A stretch of 53,394 nt of DNA from Bacteroidia bacterium (GTDB taxonomy: Bacteria; Bacteroidota; Bacteroidia; SXHM01), in the NCBI GenBank assembly GCA_020054035.1, contig JAGVLY010000049.1:1-53394 (forward strand), given 5' to 3'. Each line of letters starts with the position of its first letter. Position 1 is the stretch's first letter. Below are positions 28,275 to 37,493 of this stretch, piece after piece. Made by a program: the position numbers and the translations under genes. The notes under the pieces were generated by a model. It was not told the DNA's origin. It searched no databases and was given only the letters and a program-made list of their open reading frames with translations.

Positions 28275-31019
28275 TTACGCCTTTTTCGGTTCATACAGTT
28301 GAACTACGGCACATCCGCCCCAGCGGTTTTTTCCGTTATCATCGGCTGTGCTGGCTTTTCCGCGTTCCGGGAAGTTAATCAGTGTATCAACTTCGTTTCT
28401 CCATTCTTCAGAACCGCGATAATCCCCGTCCTTTTTACCTTGGCTAAGAACTATAAAGGATAGTTTCGGATGGTTCTTTTTCAAGCTACGGAATTGTTCA
28501 ATGTCTAATTTCAGGCTGTCTTTGCTGTCAAGAACAACAAAATCGTATTGAGCAAGATTGTGTCCTTTCAGGTCGGGAACTATTGAGAACTTATCGTTAC
28601 CTTTAATTCCTGCATCCATAATAAGCTGTTTAAAAACAGGTGTTCCGAAACTTTCACCGGCTACATATAATACAGGATGTCCTTTTTCACTAAGGTATTG
28701 ACTGAATGCCAAAGCCATCCCCGATTTACCGGACCCGCCTTTTCCATACATCAGGATATTCATAGGTTTGCAGGCTTCACCAATCAGCTCTTTCCATTTT
28801 CCCTCTAACCCGATTGGTGTGTGTTCCACTGCGAGAATATCGTCAATACTCATGGCAGAACCCAACTGAACTCCCCCGTGATGGCTGCCAGCTCCGCGAC
28901 CTTTTGCATCGGTGTATTTTTTATCTCCAGTCCTCCGCAACGATTTTTTGATGTCGTAAATTGTGCCTACTCCACTTACAACATGAAATCTACCACCCTT
29001 TTCGTTTTTGCGGTCAGATAAAAGTTGAAAATATACGTTACCATTTGACAGTTCTTTCACGCGAATAACCGTTCTCCCGTTTTGTAATACTGCCGATAAT
29101 AAATCATTTGCTTTAATATCACTTTCAATAAACTCTCCAGCATTCGGATAATACTCGGATAAATCAAACCGTTTTACCACAGCCCATACGAATTTCTCCT
29201 GGTCGCGAGGGCTTCTTCTGTTGCGCTCGTTTCTGTAATCTTCTTCTGTTTGCCATCCACCCGCACCAAGCGTAACTCCTCCGTGATGGCTGCCAGCTCC
29301 GCGCCCTTTAGCATCGGTGTATTTTCTGTCCTTGGTTTTACGCAGCGGCTTGTTGATGTCGTAAATCATTCCCAACGCAGAGTTGCAATCGCAACCAATA
29401 CCCGCCAACCCGTTCAGCTCTGCAATGGTTGGTTTAATATGATGCTCTTTGCCCGAAACATATTCTTTCATCCGTTTTACAGCCACTTCAAGAAAGTTAT
29501 AGTATTTATCTTTAGAAGAAATATCTTCATTGTCTTCATACTTTTTAATGCGTTTCAACAGAGCTTCGGCTTTCTCTTTCACATCTTTTTTACCAACCAA
29601 GCTGATATATTGCTTCAACAGTGTAACAATTAACATCTTTGTTTCACTGCCTATAATTTTTTGAAACTTCTCCAGTCTTGCTTCGCCAATGGTGATGGCA
29701 AACGTTTCTACGTTTTCATTTGCACGGGCAACCAAGAATGTTTGAATCTCCTTTATCTCCTCTGCATATTTATCGGCACTGCGGATAATCTTTTCGGTGA
29801 TGGCTTTTTGCAAGCTGCGGAGCAATGCCATTAACTTATCGTAACTCACCTGCTTTCCGCTCATAGCGGTAAAGCGTTTAATAAAATTTACTGCGGGGCT
29901 AATGTGTTCAACAGGCAAACCGCTGGACCCAACTTTCTTCGTTTTTTCAACACGGGGGCGTTTTGCTTTTTTCGCTTCCTTCTTCGCTTTTTCATAACCC
30001 TTTTCGATTGATTCGCTAACAGGGTCCTTTGCTTTTTTCTGTGGATTGTGTCCACTATTTTCAGGTTTGCGCGAAACAGGTTTTTCATCATGCAAATACA
30101 CATCATACAAGTCTGTTGTGTCGTTTACAAACTCAAGATGTTCAACCTTTACACCCTGTTCTTTAAATTTTTTCAGAATATATTTTTCATCATTTGCTGA
30201 CGAAGGAATAAAATAACCCCTTGCATCTTTTTTAATTGATTTAAAAACCGTCCTAAGTTCTTCCAACCTTTTATCGGTTGGCTCTTTTGGTTTCTGCCCT
30301 ACCTTCCACTCATTCAGCTTCTCAACTTGCCGCCTAACGGTGTTATCAATAACGGCATTGCCGCTACTCCATTTTGCACCTGAGTTAGTGGCACGGGTTA
30401 CAAAATCGTGTCCTTTTCTTAATGGTTCGGGTAATTCGCTTACTCCGATTTTTTCTACTTCTTTAAAGTAGTTGTCTGTGGTTATTGCTTTAGCAACTGC
30501 ACCTAAGTCATCATCTTCGCTTTGGTATTTATCAATACCATTTTTTGCTAAAAAATCTTCAATAATCTTGCGACCTGAATTTAATTTAGCAAATATCCCA
30601 TATTTCTTTTCATAGCTTTCGTTCAACTCCTCAATACTATCAAAGACTGCATCCCATGAAGAGTTAGTATGGTCAACCGATACATTCAAGTCCTCATATC
30701 TTTCTCCACTCCTTACCTCTTGAACATCTGTTACCTTATAAGCGTAATTCATATATGTAACGTGTTGGTATGTTACGATAATTGAACCTTTTGGAATTAG
30801 TGCCGAAACTTGATATTCGCTTTCTATAGGTTTGCCTGCACCATTTTTCCATAGCTGAACTTCGCAAGTTTTGCCATGCTCTTTATATTCTCCTTTTAAG
30901 AGTTTTTTATACTCAGCTTTTGCTTCTGCAAGTGTCTTATAATTGTGTTCAGTGGTGTCCGAATTTCCGTTATTACTATTGTAATTTTCAACTACTATTA
31001 TTTGATAATTTGATTTCAT
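28275..31019 (-). CDS. Large multidomain protein with C-terminal RecA/DnaB-like P-loop ATPase domain and an internally duplicated KYTDAKGRGAGSHHGGV motif
   Basis: 914 aa. Walker A is MYGKGGSGKSGMA, Walker B-like is FVVLDS, and SFIVLSQ follows. Two ~30-aa repeats are encoded by 91-nt DNA repeats at 28871-28961 and 29276-29366. The upstream part is lysine-rich and low in complexity. Copy 1 of the hairpin motif lies inside this gene. Confidence 0.8.
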   Translation of the reverse strand: MKSNYQIIVVENYNSNNGNSDTTEHNYKTLAEAKAEYKKLLKGEYKEHGKTCEVQLWKNGAGKPIESEYQVSALIPKGSIIVTYQHVTYMNYAYKVTDVQEVRSGERYEDLNVSVDHTNSSWDAVFDSIEELNESYEKKYGIFAKLNSGRKIIEDFLAKNGIDKYQSEDDDLGAVAKAITTDNYFKEVEKIGVSELPEPLRKGHDFVTRATNSGAKWSSGNAVIDNTVRRQVEKLNEWKVGQKPKEPTDKRLEELRTVFKSIKKDARGYFIPSSANDEKYILKKFKEQGVKVEHLEFVNDTTDLYDVYLHDEKPVSRKPENSGHNPQKKAKDPVSESIEKGYEKAKKEAKKAKRPRVEKTKKVGSSGLPVEHISPAVNFIKRFTAMSGKQVSYDKLMALLRSLQKAITEKIIRSADKYAEEIKEIQTFLVARANENVETFAITIGEARLEKFQKIIGSETKMLIVTLLKQYISLVGKKDVKEKAEALLKRIKKYEDNEDISSKDKYYNFLEVAVKRMKEYVSGKEHHIKPTIAELNGLAGIGCDCNSALGMIYDINKPLRKTKDRKYTDAKGRGAGSHHGGVTLGAGGWQTEEDYRNERNRRSPRDQEKFVWAVVKRFDLSEYYPNAGEFIESDIKANDLLSAVLQNGRTVIRVKELSNGNVYFQLLSDRKNEKGGRFHVVSGVGTIYDIKKSLRRTGDKKYTDAKGRGAGSHHGGVQLGSAMSIDDILAVEHTPIGLEGKWKELIGEACKPMNILMYGKGGSGKSGMALAFSQYLSEKGHPVLYVAGESFGTPVFKQLIMDAGIKGNDKFSIVPDLKGHNLAQYDFVVLDSKDSLKLDIEQFRSLKKNHPKLSFIVLSQGKKDGDYRGSEEWRNEVDTLINFPERGKASTADDNGKNRWGGCAVVQLYEPKKA
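30039..30061 (-). promoter_or_regulatory. Element-specific hairpin motif, copy 1 (inside the 914-aa CDS)
   Basis: Core GTGGATTGTGTCCAC at 30041-30055. The minus strand reads AAAATAGTGGACACAATCCACAG, translated in frame as ENSGHNPQ. Confidence 0.7.
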
Positions 31020-31055
31020 GGTTTTTATTTATTAAGTTTTTTATATTTTATTTTT

Positions 31056-34000
31056 TTATCCGTTCATGTTTGTAAATGAGAGCAGCTCTAACTCAATCAA
31101 AATGGCTTCCGCTTCTAACTCCAGCAGCTTGTCAGCATCATTAGTAACCGATTCTGGAACGGCTGCATGTTTCAGGTAAAGGCGCACAGGTTCGGGCTTA
31201 CGCATAGCCGGTGTTTTCTCCATCAGCATATCATAAATATTTTGGTGCAGGTGAACACTGGTGCTAAACTTTTCCTGAAAGAAGAAAACCATTGTTTCAA
31301 GGTTTTTGGTTTTAAACACGGCTTTCATTTTTCCGCTTACCATGTTAAAGTTATTGCCTTCCACTATTGCCAAAATATCAGCATCTAAATACACTTCACC
31401 GCCCTTTGCTTTGCTGCCGGGAACATACAGGCTGAATGTATCGTTGTAGTTTTTCTCAAACACGGCTCCTGAGTTGGTGGTTATTTCAAAACCCGATTCC
31501 AAATCTTTAAATACCGGAAGGGCTTTACTAATCGGAACTAATGTTCTGTCCTGCTTTTCTCCGGGCTTCCAGTTGTCGGGCATTAATATTCCTTTCTCTT
31601 CGCCACCGTCTTTAACTGAATAGCTGATTAGCTTTCCTTTGTAAGTTCCGTAGGCTTGCAGAATATTTCCTGAAATAATGTAGCGCACTTTGCGGCTTAT
31701 GCTGCTGGCTTTAATTATTTCCGTCCAGTTTTTTAGTATTTCTTCGCTTTGGCGGGTGTTTAACAAGGTGCTTGCGCCAATGATGGATTGAAGTGTTTTA
31801 GCTTGCTCACCACTTCCGGTAAGCGCAATATATTTGTTGCTATCGCTTAACGCAAACTTGAATTTTATTGCTGAAGGTGCAAAAGGATTAGGTCGTTTGC
31901 GGTCAATATGCACACCCACAAACACGGCTTTGGTCATGCTGGCTCCGGCATCATACTGAATAATCGGGTAATTGCAGCCTTTACCCGGAAAAAATGCAGT
32001 AAAGAAAGTAAGCAGCGATAGTGTTGTGTTCTCCGATTTTTTTATTGCGCTGTTTAATGAACCTACACGGGCTTCGTTCAGTTCGTCCTGCCTTTCAAAA
32101 ATAGCACGTTGTTGTTCAGCTTCACTTTTTATTGCTTTTATCCGTTTTTCATTCGGAACATTTTTTATTAACTCGGCATACTTATCTCCTATATCTTTCA
32201 AATCAGCATCTAACCTGCCTTTCATAAAACCTTTGTATTCATCAATAAACTTGCGCTGATAATCTTTTGGCTCTTTATCTTTCAGTTCATCCGCAATCAG
32301 TTTTTCTACTTCAGCTTTTGTGTAAGGCTTTTTCAACACATTCGCCATTACCTTTTTCATCAGCGTTGAAGTAGCAAATTCACTTCGCCCACCCTTGCCG
32401 TCAATCACTGTAATTTCTTCCAGCGTTTCGGCTTCAAGGTTCATGGTTTCCACCTCCAAATCATATTCGCCCATCTGCTTCAGATACTCAACATAATCGT
32501 TGTAGCGTTCTGTAATTTCATTGTAAAACGCTTCCTGCATTGCACAGGATAAAATTGCAACACGCCCCGAAACACGGTAGGCTGCATCTTCAGGAACTTC
32601 TTTTTCGCTTTTCTTTTCGTTTTCGGTTTCCAATAATTTAAGCGGGTCGCCAAGCAACAGATTTATTTCAGGGTTTTCCTGTAAATATTCCTTTACAATT
32701 TTATCACCGTATTTATTCAAAAAATCAGGAACAGACAACAGTGATGAACTTGATTTCTGATTGCTGGTAGTGTTTGCATCCAAACTTTTCAGCTTGCGCT
32801 GGAGCATCATCATTAACCGTTTTTCGGCAGGAATAGCAGAAGAAACATAATCATACTCAGGTAACAAAATCTGCCCGGTGCGGTTTATCCGTCCGCGCTT
32901 TTGCACTTCGCGGTTAATATCTAACTCTGCTTGCAAAACCACCATCACACGGGGCTTTACTTCTTCAGCAGAAACTTTGCGTGTAGGAATAGCATGTGCC
33001 GATGCACCCGTGCTTCCGCTTTGGTTAATCAATAATACATCGCATTCGTTGTTATTAAACATTCGGAACGCATCATTGGTGTTGGTGCGTGTGCGGCTAA
33101 GAACAACCGCCATCATGGTTTTTGTGTTTACCTGCAATTCCGTTTTTCTTCCGGTAACTTCAATAGGTCTGTAACCCGCATCTTTAATTTTTTGCATGAT
33201 TACGTCAATCGGACTAATACTTATTCCAGTTGAAACCTTTTCAATTTTATTCAGGATTTCAAAATACTTCTGCCCCGCTTCAGGACTTAGTTCGTGGATT
33301 TTAAGCATGTCATATTCCGGTTCGCCCTTCTCATTCTTTTTGGTGTAACGCAATACACCATCTAATCCGCGTTTCAGCACCAAAGCAAAATCTGCTTTAA
33401 TGGTTTCGCCTTCCGCAGCTCCCATGTCATCTAAAAAACTTTCCATTGTTGAGCCAAAAGCAATAACAGGCTTCTTGCCTTTTTTCAACCAAGTTATTGC
33501 TTTGTCTGCAACCGCTTCAGCTTTTATGCTGAACAACATCTGATTGATAACATTAAACACTTTTGAGAAGTAAGGCTGATTATCAACCCCTGCGTTTTGC
33601 GTTCCCTGCCTTTGCTCCACTTCGGCATATTCAGCAGCCGCAATTTTGTCCATTTCTTCAAACACGGGTTTAAGTTCCACACGCTGAAATGCGATAATGT
33701 CGCGGATAATCTCCGTTATTTTATCGGCAGTATCACGATGTTCTTTCCCTAAATCATCTAACGAAAGGTAGTTTACATTTATCCCTTCATAGGTGCGTTC
33801 CCTTCGCAACATTTGTCCTTCTTTTACCAATGCTGCGGATAAAATTTCCTGTAAAGCAACACCGCCTTTTTCAATACTTTCAATCAACGCACCGCTTGTT
33901 AGGTTGGCTTCTTTGATGGAAGTTTTCAAGGCATACACCGGCATATTGTCGGGGCGTTTGGCATAAGTGGCACTCAGGTAAACTGCGCCCTGTGCTTTTT

Positions 34001-34769
34001 TGGTGATACTTTGTATAAATTCACCTGTGTTGCTGCTTCCGCTGGCGTTGTGGGCTTCATCATAAATTAATAACCCGCTTTCTGAAATAGCAGAAATAAA
34101 TAAGGGTTTCAATGGTTTTTTCTCGGCACTGGATAGTTGAGAATAGGTGCAAACCACAAAATCATATTTACCGGGCAAACGCTTGTCTTTAAAAATTGCC
34201 TGTTGTTCGGTTGGCGGCAAAGCCTGGTAAACTACGTTTCCTTCTTCGTCCTTAATATCGGTTTTGCTGTCGCGCCCGTTTACAATAAACGGCACTAAAT
34301 CAGCAGAGCCGATTGCAACCAAATCACGATACAAGTCTGAAAACAGATTCGGTTTTTCGGTAAAGAAAACAGGGCGCAATTTTTCAATTACTCCGTAACG
34401 AATAATAGCGGCAGCTTGTCTGCCTTTTCCTATTCCGGTTTGGTCAGAAATAATCAAACCTTCTCCGTAGGCTTCTATATTATAGATAGCTACTGCAACA
34501 GCATCAATCTGTTCGGCAGCAAGGGCGCGACATAAATCAATGCGGCTTGCATATTGCAGGCGGTCAGCTACAAAGCCTACCACATCACCACCAATTAAAT
34601 CTTTAATTTTATTAATAGCTTCATGTGTTTCGTAGCCCATACTATCCGGCACATCCACTTCAAGGCTGTGGCAGCTTTCAGAAACAGGGATGTAAGGCAT
34701 TCCGAGCGTGGTATCGCTTACGGGTCTGCCCCAGTTGTCGTAGATGGTGATTTTTTTTGCGTGTTTCAT
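31056..34769 (-). CDS. Strawberry-notch (SBNO)-type DEAH-box superfamily 2 helicase, 1237 aa
   Basis: P-loop TGIGKGRQAAAII (GxGKGR is typical of SBNO), DEAH box LIYDEAHNASG, motif VI QKRGRINRTGQ. A long C-terminal extension of unknown function ends in LELEAEAILIELELLSF. Confidence 0.8.
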   Translation of the reverse strand: MKHAKKITIYDNWGRPVSDTTLGMPYIPVSESCHSLEVDVPDSMGYETHEAINKIKDLIGGDVVGFVADRLQYASRIDLCRALAAEQIDAVAVAIYNIEAYGEGLIISDQTGIGKGRQAAAIIRYGVIEKLRPVFFTEKPNLFSDLYRDLVAIGSADLVPFIVNGRDSKTDIKDEEGNVVYQALPPTEQQAIFKDKRLPGKYDFVVCTYSQLSSAEKKPLKPLFISAISESGLLIYDEAHNASGSSNTGEFIQSITKKAQGAVYLSATYAKRPDNMPVYALKTSIKEANLTSGALIESIEKGGVALQEILSAALVKEGQMLRRERTYEGINVNYLSLDDLGKEHRDTADKITEIIRDIIAFQRVELKPVFEEMDKIAAAEYAEVEQRQGTQNAGVDNQPYFSKVFNVINQMLFSIKAEAVADKAITWLKKGKKPVIAFGSTMESFLDDMGAAEGETIKADFALVLKRGLDGVLRYTKKNEKGEPEYDMLKIHELSPEAGQKYFEILNKIEKVSTGISISPIDVIMQKIKDAGYRPIEVTGRKTELQVNTKTMMAVVLSRTRTNTNDAFRMFNNNECDVLLINQSGSTGASAHAIPTRKVSAEEVKPRVMVVLQAELDINREVQKRGRINRTGQILLPEYDYVSSAIPAEKRLMMMLQRKLKSLDANTTSNQKSSSSLLSVPDFLNKYGDKIVKEYLQENPEINLLLGDPLKLLETENEKKSEKEVPEDAAYRVSGRVAILSCAMQEAFYNEITERYNDYVEYLKQMGEYDLEVETMNLEAETLEEITVIDGKGGRSEFATSTLMKKVMANVLKKPYTKAEVEKLIADELKDKEPKDYQRKFIDEYKGFMKGRLDADLKDIGDKYAELIKNVPNEKRIKAIKSEAEQQRAIFERQDELNEARVGSLNSAIKKSENTTLSLLTFFTAFFPGKGCNYPIIQYDAGASMTKAVFVGVHIDRKRPNPFAPSAIKFKFALSDSNKYIALTGSGEQAKTLQSIIGASTLLNTRQSEEILKNWTEIIKASSISRKVRYIISGNILQAYGTYKGKLISYSVKDGGEEKGILMPDNWKPGEKQDRTLVPISKALPVFKDLESGFEITTNSGAVFEKNYNDTFSLYVPGSKAKGGEVYLDADILAIVEGNNFNMVSGKMKAVFKTKNLETMVFFFQEKFSTSVHLHQNIYDMLMEKTPAMRKPEPVRLYLKHAAVPESVTNDADKLLELEAEAILIELELLSFTNMNG

Positions 34770-34909
34770 TTATTTTCTTTTACTTTGCTCAAATTCAATT
34801 CGCAGAAATTGTGATTTGCTTTCAGATTGTATCTTTGTGTTAAGAAACAAAGGGAACAAGCCTGGTTGATTAATTTCTTCCGGGTTTTGTTTTTTATTAA
34901 ACTTGCAGC

Positions 34910-35278
34910 ATGAATCAACTACCGGAACTTCCAAAATTTTTAATTTGCGATACACATACCGAAGCGGAACGCTGTTTTGTTTTACACACAGGCTTTCCGC
35001 GTTTTCTGGCTGAATGCCTTGTTGGTTTATCGGACAATGACTTTGCTGTGATAAGAAGGCTTTGGCTTGAAAAGGTTGGCGACCCTTTAATTTACAAGCG
35101 GGTGATGGTAGATGCCAAACCTGAGTTTCTTTGTATTGTGGATGCTTATGAGAGCATGGATGAAAACACGATGCAGCCGCAACAAATATCACAAAAATTT
35201 GAAGCAACAGGACAAGCCCTGTTAGAAACGTTAGATAAAATGGCGATATGGTATTATAATGAGATTGCATCTTATTGA
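34910..35278 (+). CDS. Hypothetical protein (122 aa), the only opposite-strand gene inside the minus-strand array
   Basis: Protein-like acidic composition. A Bacteroidota -7-like box TATCTTTG (TAnnTTTG) sits at 34830-34837 upstream. It competes with the antisense ORF 34770..35270, whose Q/C/H/P-rich composition looks non-coding. Confidence 0.5.
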   Translation: MNQLPELPKFLICDTHTEAERCFVLHTGFPRFLAECLVGLSDNDFAVIRRLWLEKVGDPLIYKRVMVDAKPEFLCIVDAYESMDENTMQPQQISQKFEATGQALLETLDKMAIWYYNEIASY

Positions 35279-35279
35279 T

Positions 35280-36827
35280 TTATAAAATACCAAACAGGTT
35301 TATATCTTTATAGCTATCGCTTTGTGCTATCTGGGCTTCAATCCAGTCATAATAAAACTTCTCTGCTTTCTTCACTTTAACAACCCTTATTGTAACTTTT
35401 ACAATATATTTTTCCTGATTAATAAAAACGTATTCGTTTAGAAAATTATAGTAGCCAAGAATGTCTGCCGCATCTGTCGGTTTTCGCTTACCAACCCCTG
35501 TGAATTTTGCCCGTTCTATTATATTGTCAATCTTTTTTAAAACAACTATGCTTTGATAGTTTGTTCTATTGGAATACAAAGAGTGTCGCAAACCGCTAAT
35601 GGTTAGAATTATTGGTATTGATTTCCAATAATTAAAAACAGGCTTCCCTTTATGGTGTTTTTTAAAATATTTGACAGCCTCTTCCTTTTGTTTTTTGTTT
35701 GTCAAATGCAACCATTTAGAATCTGTAATTTTAACCACCTCATTCTGAATATTCCCTAACCCAAAACTCAACAACTCCAACTCCACTGCCACAGCTTCCG
35801 CTTCCAATTCAAGTTGCAATGATTCAGCATCACCGGAAATAACAAATTTCGCAACCCTTTTATAGTAAGTTTCAAAATCGTGAATGGTTGCATCTTGTGT
35901 TTTGGAATAAAGCGGGGGATAACCACCGGGAACGGGTTTGCGCCCGTCAATTAAAATCACGCGAACATCAAAACTTGTTCCCATGCGGCTATACAATTTG
36001 CCGTCAATGTTCAGCACATCTAAAACGTTGTAATGTTTGTGCAGGTAACTAAAAAATAAGCGGTTTTTACCGGCTTGTATTCTGCCCTGTGCATCCCAGG
36101 TTGTGTTGCCGCCAATAATTATTGCAGCCCGCCCGCTATCCTTCATGGTGTCGAGTGCGCGGATGCTCATAAGGTGGTCGAGTTCGGTAATTTTAAAGCC
36201 GTCAAATGTTCTTGCTTCAGGCAACTTGCCAAAGGGCGGGTTGGTAATTACGGCATCAAAAATGGCATCATAATTTAAAAACTGTGTCCAGTCTTTTGTG
36301 CCGTCAAAGGCAAGAGTTTGATAATAATTTTGTTGATGAAGGTTGGCGTTTCGGACTTCATCAATATCATTTACGATAAAACTTTGTGTGTCGCTTGCAA
36401 TGGTTAGCATTCCGTTACCTGCCGATGGTTCAAAAAATCTACCCTCCAGTGGATTGTGTCCACTTTTATCAATACCGCAAAACACTCCCATCATATAAGC
36501 GATAGGTGCGGGGGTGCTGTATTGCTGCAATAACATACTGTGGCTGGTGCGGTGGCTAAGATTGCCCTGATAGCTGTATAACTCCACAATTTTATCAAAC
36601 CGTTCACGCACCGTTCCGGGATTATGCGCTAATTCACGGGCTAACTCCACTACCGCCAACTCCGCAAGTTCTTTAATCAGGTTTTGGTTGTTTATTTCAT
36701 AAGCCGCTGCCAATTTCTCCAACTGGTCTTTGCGTAAAGCATTTATTCGCTGTTTTCGCTCAATAGCCGATTGAAGCAACTCTTTTACGTTGCTTACAAA
36801 TTTTCCGTATGAGGGTTTGAAGGGCAT
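35280..36827 (-). CDS. N6-adenine DNA methyltransferase with an extra C-terminal domain of unknown function
   Basis: Motif I FEPSAGNGML and motif IV VITNPPFG. After the linker LQLELEAEAVAVELELLSF comes a ~170-aa basic C-terminal domain. Its start overlaps the upstream stop (TAATG). Copy 2 of the hairpin motif lies inside this gene. Confidence 0.85.
   Translation of the reverse strand: MPFKPSYGKFVSNVKELLQSAIERKQRINALRKDQLEKLAAAYEINNQNLIKELAELAVVELARELAHNPGTVRERFDKIVELYSYQGNLSHRTSHSMLLQQYSTPAPIAYMMGVFCGIDKSGHNPLEGRFFEPSAGNGMLTIASDTQSFIVNDIDEVRNANLHQQNYYQTLAFDGTKDWTQFLNYDAIFDAVITNPPFGKLPEARTFDGFKITELDHLMSIRALDTMKDSGRAAIIIGGNTTWDAQGRIQAGKNRLFFSYLHKHYNVLDVLNIDGKLYSRMGTSFDVRVILIDGRKPVPGGYPPLYSKTQDATIHDFETYYKRVAKFVISGDAESLQLELEAEAVAVELELLSFGLGNIQNEVVKITDSKWLHLTNKKQKEEAVKYFKKHHKGKPVFNYWKSIPIILTISGLRHSLYSNRTNYQSIVVLKKIDNIIERAKFTGVGKRKPTDAADILGYYNFLNEYVFINQEKYIVKVTIRVVKVKKAEKFYYDWIEAQIAQSDSYKDINLFGIL
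36447..36469 (-). promoter_or_regulatory. Element-specific hairpin motif, copy 2 (inside the methylase CDS)
   Basis: Core GTGGATTGTGTCCAC at 36449-36463. The minus strand reads ATAAAAGTGGACACAATCCACTG, translated in frame as DKSGHNPL. Confidence 0.7.
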
Positions 36828-37489
36828 TATCGTAGAGGAACGGGTAAAAACTGTTTAATAAATTCGGCTTTATTATCGGGCTGGCTTCCGTTCCATCGGT
36901 TAATGCTTTCATTGGCAAAATGCACCAATGGAAAATTTTTCCATCCCGGCATATCGAAAAGTGATTCAAAATCTGTAACCTGAAAAAGATGAAAATTTTC
37001 ATAGAAAATAATCATGTCGCTAATCTGTTGCTGATTATGCTGAACAATTCCTTCGCCTTTATAATTCATCAGAATTTTAAGGATTGCATCAACGGTTTCA
37101 GGCTTAGCATAAATACTCATGGGCGGTGATTTCCGTCCGTCTGAGAGCGTAGTTAGTTTACTCTTGTCAAACGTGAGCATCTCCGGTGTAAGTCCGAAAT
37201 TGAATACATCGGTATCAACTGTAATTCCTTCACCATAACGTGCAAGGCAAATAGCATAACCCAGCCAGCGCATAAGGTTTCCTTCCTGATATTGCTTTAC
37301 ATTACTCGAAGGATATTTTGAGATTTTCTCATAACACTCCTTTACTAAGGGGTGTTGATTTATTTCTGTGTAATCAAAAATGATTGGGTTAAATCCGTGC
37401 TTTTTCCAATTATCTTTCCACAGGTCAACAAGCCCGGTGTAATAATGACCGTAATCAGGTATCTCGATATGAAACGCATATACATTCAT
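36827..37489 (-). CDS. Hypothetical protein, glycosyltransferase-like (DxD-type motif)
   Basis: 220 aa. GITVDTDVFNF resembles a GT-A DxD motif. It is translationally coupled to the methylase (TAATG overlap at 36825-36829). The functional call is weak. Confidence 0.6.
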   Translation of the reverse strand: MNVYAFHIEIPDYGHYYTGLVDLWKDNWKKHGFNPIIFDYTEINQHPLVKECYEKISKYPSSNVKQYQEGNLMRWLGYAICLARYGEGITVDTDVFNFGLTPEMLTFDKSKLTTLSDGRKSPPMSIYAKPETVDAILKILMNYKGEGIVQHNQQQISDMIIFYENFHLFQVTDFESLFDMPGWKNFPLVHFANESINRWNGSQPDNKAEFIKQFLPVPLR

Positions 37490-37493
37490 TGGA

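Noticed and set aside
28275-31019. Interpreting the 914-aa protein's P-loop domain as the virion DNA-packaging ATPase.
   Set aside because: The Walker A/B context (GKGGSGKS ... VVLDS ... IVLSQ) looks more RecA/DnaB/KaiC-like than FtsK/HerA-like. The gene also sits with the replication and modification genes next to the integrase. This cannot be decided without profile searches.
34770-35270. 166-aa minus-strand ORF that would neatly fill the methylase-helicase gap.
   Set aside because: Its Q/C/H/P-rich, Lys/Glu-poor composition is unlike every other protein in the window, and it is antisense to a better-looking 122-aa ORF. I kept it as an explicit alternative in the findings because its spacing (TAAATG with the helicase start) is suspiciously good.
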